From a virus (Duplodnaviria; Caudoviricetes): a stretch of 38,968 bases of DNA. Below, in pieces: positions 36,816-38,968 of this stretch. The position numbers and the translations under genes are program-made. How positions within the stretch are numbered: position 1 is the first letter of the stretch; every line of letters starts with the position of its first letter. The stretch covers positions 1 to 38,968 of IMG/VR virus record IMGVR_UViG_3300017589_000088, one strand, 5' to 3'. The notes under the pieces are model-generated. The model ran no database searches and was not told the origin of the DNA. It saw nothing but the letters and a program-made list of their open reading frames with translations.

Positions 36816-38335
36816 TGAAATATTTAAAACCAATTATTGGTGATTTGACAGGCAATGCTACTACAGCCACGAGTTTCACTGATGGGAAAAAGACTAGTGA
36901 TTTTGCCCCTAGTGGATATGGGTTGGGTCAAATTGCTACAAGGTTGGCAGGTGGCTATGACTTAAACACAGTAAGAGCAAATGGGTGGTACGATGTTCTA
37001 AATCCTGTCAATGGAGTATCTTCACTATCATGGCACAGCATACTAGTTGCTTGTTCTGGTGATTCTGGTTATCTTACTCAGATGGCTTTTTCTATGGTGG
37101 AAAATTTTAATCAAGTGTGGACTAGAACGTGTTGGATTGGAACAAGTTGGACGAGTTGGAAACAATTAGCCACTACTGACCAAATACCAACAACTCTTCC
37201 TGCAAATGGAGGAACAGCAACTAATGTCTCAGGTGGTTATGCTAACTTAACAGGTAAATCATACCTCAATCAAACAAATCATAATCATGGAGGATTGCAA
37301 ATTGCAAACCCAAGCGTGGATGGGGAAGCGTCTATAGGCTATGTGTCAGGTGCTACAGCACTTGGTGACAACCCAACATCTTCTAGTGGAGATGGTCACG
37401 TTTGGGTAGGTGGTATATTTACAAATATTCCCAATCGTTGGGGTTTATATAGCAAACAGTCAGCTAATCAGGTGTTTTCTGTTGATACTAATGGTACGAT
37501 AAACTGTGGTATTGGATTAGGAAAAACTGTTGCTACTACTAATCAAATACCAACTTCATTACCTGCCAACGGGGGTAATGCAGCAACCGCTACTAAATTA
37601 GCAACTGCGCACACTATTAATGGAGTACTCTTTGATGGGACCACAGATATTACTGTTGTTACTACGACTTCTCTTAATGCTATAAAGTACAACGTTGCTG
37701 GAACATATTCATTTACACAGCCTGACGGTGTGGATATCGTGTACGTTACGATGTTTGGATCAGGAGGAGGTGGTGGTGGCGGAGGTGAAGGATGGCAGAC
37801 TGGTTGGACTCCTGGTACAGCGACTGCTGGTAGTAGTGGTACAATAACATCAATAGTAGTTGGTGATGATACTATCTCTGTACCTGGAGGAGGTGGTGGT
37901 GGTGCAGGTGGTAAAGCTTCAAGTTCTGCAAATGGAGCAGGAGGGACAGCAGGAGCATCAGGTGGGCATGTAGGTATTTCAGGCTCTTTAGATAGTAGTG
38001 GTGGTGCAGGTGCTGGTATAGGAGCAATTGGGACAGGCAGAAAAGGTGCTATTACTTCAGATTCACCAACGGTTAATATAGCTAAAGCCCCATGTGGTTG
38101 CGGCGGCGGGGGTGGAACAACCTTAGTAGGAAACTTCACAAAACATGGCGGAGGTGGTGGAGGTGGTGGTTCAAATGCAACTATATATTCAAGAAGACCA
38201 ATAGCTGTAAATTCTTCTGCTCCAATTAGTATAATTGTTGGAGCCGGTGGTGAAGGGGGCACAGGAGGAAGCGGATACACTGCTTATTGTCATGGTGGTG
38301 AAGGTGGAGACGGTTATGTGTTAATTGAATGGTAG
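36815..38335 (+). CDS. Tail fibre/adhesin with pyocin-knob-like and Gly-rich C-terminal domains
   Basis: DLN....GWY...WTSWKQ knob, TINGV.FDGT.DI, G.YSFT.P.GV..V.V...GGGGG...GGDG.VLIEW. Confidence 0.8.
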   Translation: MKYLKPIIGDLTGNATTATSFTDGKKTSDFAPSGYGLGQIATRLAGGYDLNTVRANGWYDVLNPVNGVSSLSWHSILVACSGDSGYLTQMAFSMVENFNQVWTRTCWIGTSWTSWKQLATTDQIPTTLPANGGTATNVSGGYANLTGKSYLNQTNHNHGGLQIANPSVDGEASIGYVSGATALGDNPTSSSGDGHVWVGGIFTNIPNRWGLYSKQSANQVFSVDTNGTINCGIGLGKTVATTNQIPTSLPANGGNAATATKLATAHTINGVLFDGTTDITVVTTTSLNAIKYNVAGTYSFTQPDGVDIVYVTMFGSGGGGGGGGEGWQTGWTPGTATAGSSGTITSIVVGDDTISVPGGGGGGAGGKASSSANGAGGTAGASGGHVGISGSLDSSGGAGAGIGAIGTGRKGAITSDSPTVNIAKAPCGCGGGGGTTLVGNFTKHGGGGGGGGSNATIYSRRPIAVNSSAPISIIVGAGGEGGTGGSGYTAYCHGGEGGDGYVLIEW

Positions 38336-38384
38336 TATTTGGATATATTAGAGCTCTGGAAAATTGCATAAATACCACAGACAT

Positions 38385-38406
38385 GAGCCAAGGGGCTCTA
38401 TTTTTT
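38385..38406 (+). terminator. Intrinsic terminator
   Basis: GAGCC-AAGG-GGCTC-TATTTTTT. Confidence 0.55.
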
Positions 38407-38482
38407 ATGAGGTGATTATATGCCGAGGGAACCATGCCGCCAATGAGCGGTTATTTTTATGCAAAATTATTGGGGGTGGGGT

Positions 38483-38656
38483 ATGAGTGATGATGTAATT
38501 ACTAGATTATTTACAAAAATTGATGATCTGAGTGACCGGTTAGCGAGGGTTGAAACAATGCTTGCAGAGAGGGAAAAAAGCCAAAAAGGATATACAGGAT
38601 TAGTTGCTTGGATAATCACTACAGGGATTGCGTTGGGGGCGTTATTCAAGCATTAG
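38483..38656 (+). CDS. Small coiled-coil + TM lysis-cassette protein (XhlA-like)
   Basis: RLARVET coiled coil, C-terminal TM. Confidence 0.6.
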   Translation: MSDDVITRLFTKIDDLSDRLARVETMLAEREKSQKGYTGLVAWIITTGIALGALFKH

Positions 38657-38664
38657 GAGGGGTC

Positions 38665-38892
38665 ATGTTAGATAAAATTAAAGCGCACCTAATTGAGATA
38701 TTCGCCTGCATGTTTTTTATATTGTTTGTATTTTGGAGCATTGGCTATTTTGCTAATGCTCTTTTAAATACAAAATTTGATCTTGCTAGTTGCTGGGGTG
38801 GGGTGGCTGCCCTCTCAGGATCAGGGACATTGGCGGCGGTTAAGTATATTTATGACTCAATTTATAACAGTAAAAAAGAGGAGAAGATATAA
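38665..38892 (+). CDS. Putative holin
   Basis: Two TM segments, charged C-terminus, directly before the endolysin; RBS AGGAGG. Confidence 0.65.
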   Translation: MLDKIKAHLIEIFACMFFILFVFWSIGYFANALLNTKFDLASCWGGVAALSGSGTLAAVKYIYDSIYNSKKEEKI

Positions 38893-38968
38893 TGAAAATT
38901 TGTTTTGATCCAGGGCATGGCGGTAGTGATCCCGGTGCAGGGGGTTGTGGACTTCGAGAATGCGACAT
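38892..38968 (+). CDS. N-acetylmuramoyl-L-alanine amidase endolysin (Amidase_3), truncated by window end
   Basis: MKICFDPGHGGSDPGA..CGLRE; TAATG coupling. Confidence 0.9.
   Translation, partial: MKICFDPGHGGSDPGAGGCGLRECD

Larger units (their letters stand above)
1..38968 (+). mobile_element. Temperate siphovirus-like prophage or phage-plasmid; both ends outside the window
   Basis: Contiguous regulation, replication, packaging, head, tail and lysis gene order; no host housekeeping genes. Confidence 0.95.

Noticed and set aside
37543-38280. 245 aa Pro-rich minus-strand ORF
   Set aside because: Shadow of Gly codons (GGN read as NCC/CCN) in the tail fibre; no evidence of independent expression
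36815-38480. Diversity-generating retroelement target
   Set aside because: No reverse transcriptase or TR/VR pair differing at adenines in the window; the C-terminus is Gly-rich, not CLec-like

Overview
This 39 kb AT-rich window is almost entirely one temperate siphovirus-type (pro)phage of a Firmicute, plausibly a Negativicute; host assignment is inference. Gene order on the + strand: a 5'-truncated ATP-dependent DNA ligase; an Arc/RHH repressor region with several predicted counter-transcribed small RNAs; PcfK-like, PcfJ and DUF3102 genes; an HUH rolling-circle-type Rep with an upstream AACTTGATA nick-like motif and antisense RNA; ssb; parA, a palindrome and parB; HNH; a serine resolvase with a res site; an HslV/proteasome-beta-like Thr peptidase; a lambda-like cos; a lambda-like head-tail operon (TerS, TerL, gpW, portal, protease-capsid fusion, tail tube, G/GT frameshift chaperone, tape measure, M/L/K/I-J); two tail fibres; holin; and the start of an amidase endolysin. 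I saw no integrase, att site, tRNA, CRISPR array or reverse transcriptase. The main candidate novelties are (1) a plasmid-like rolling-circle replicon plus parABS plus resolvase inside a lambdoid cos phage, (2) a micropeptide/antisense-RNA unit built on a thrice-repeated 11-mer, and (3) three accessory genes each preceded by an identically spaced SigH-like promoter. All family calls come from motif recognition by eye, not database searches.
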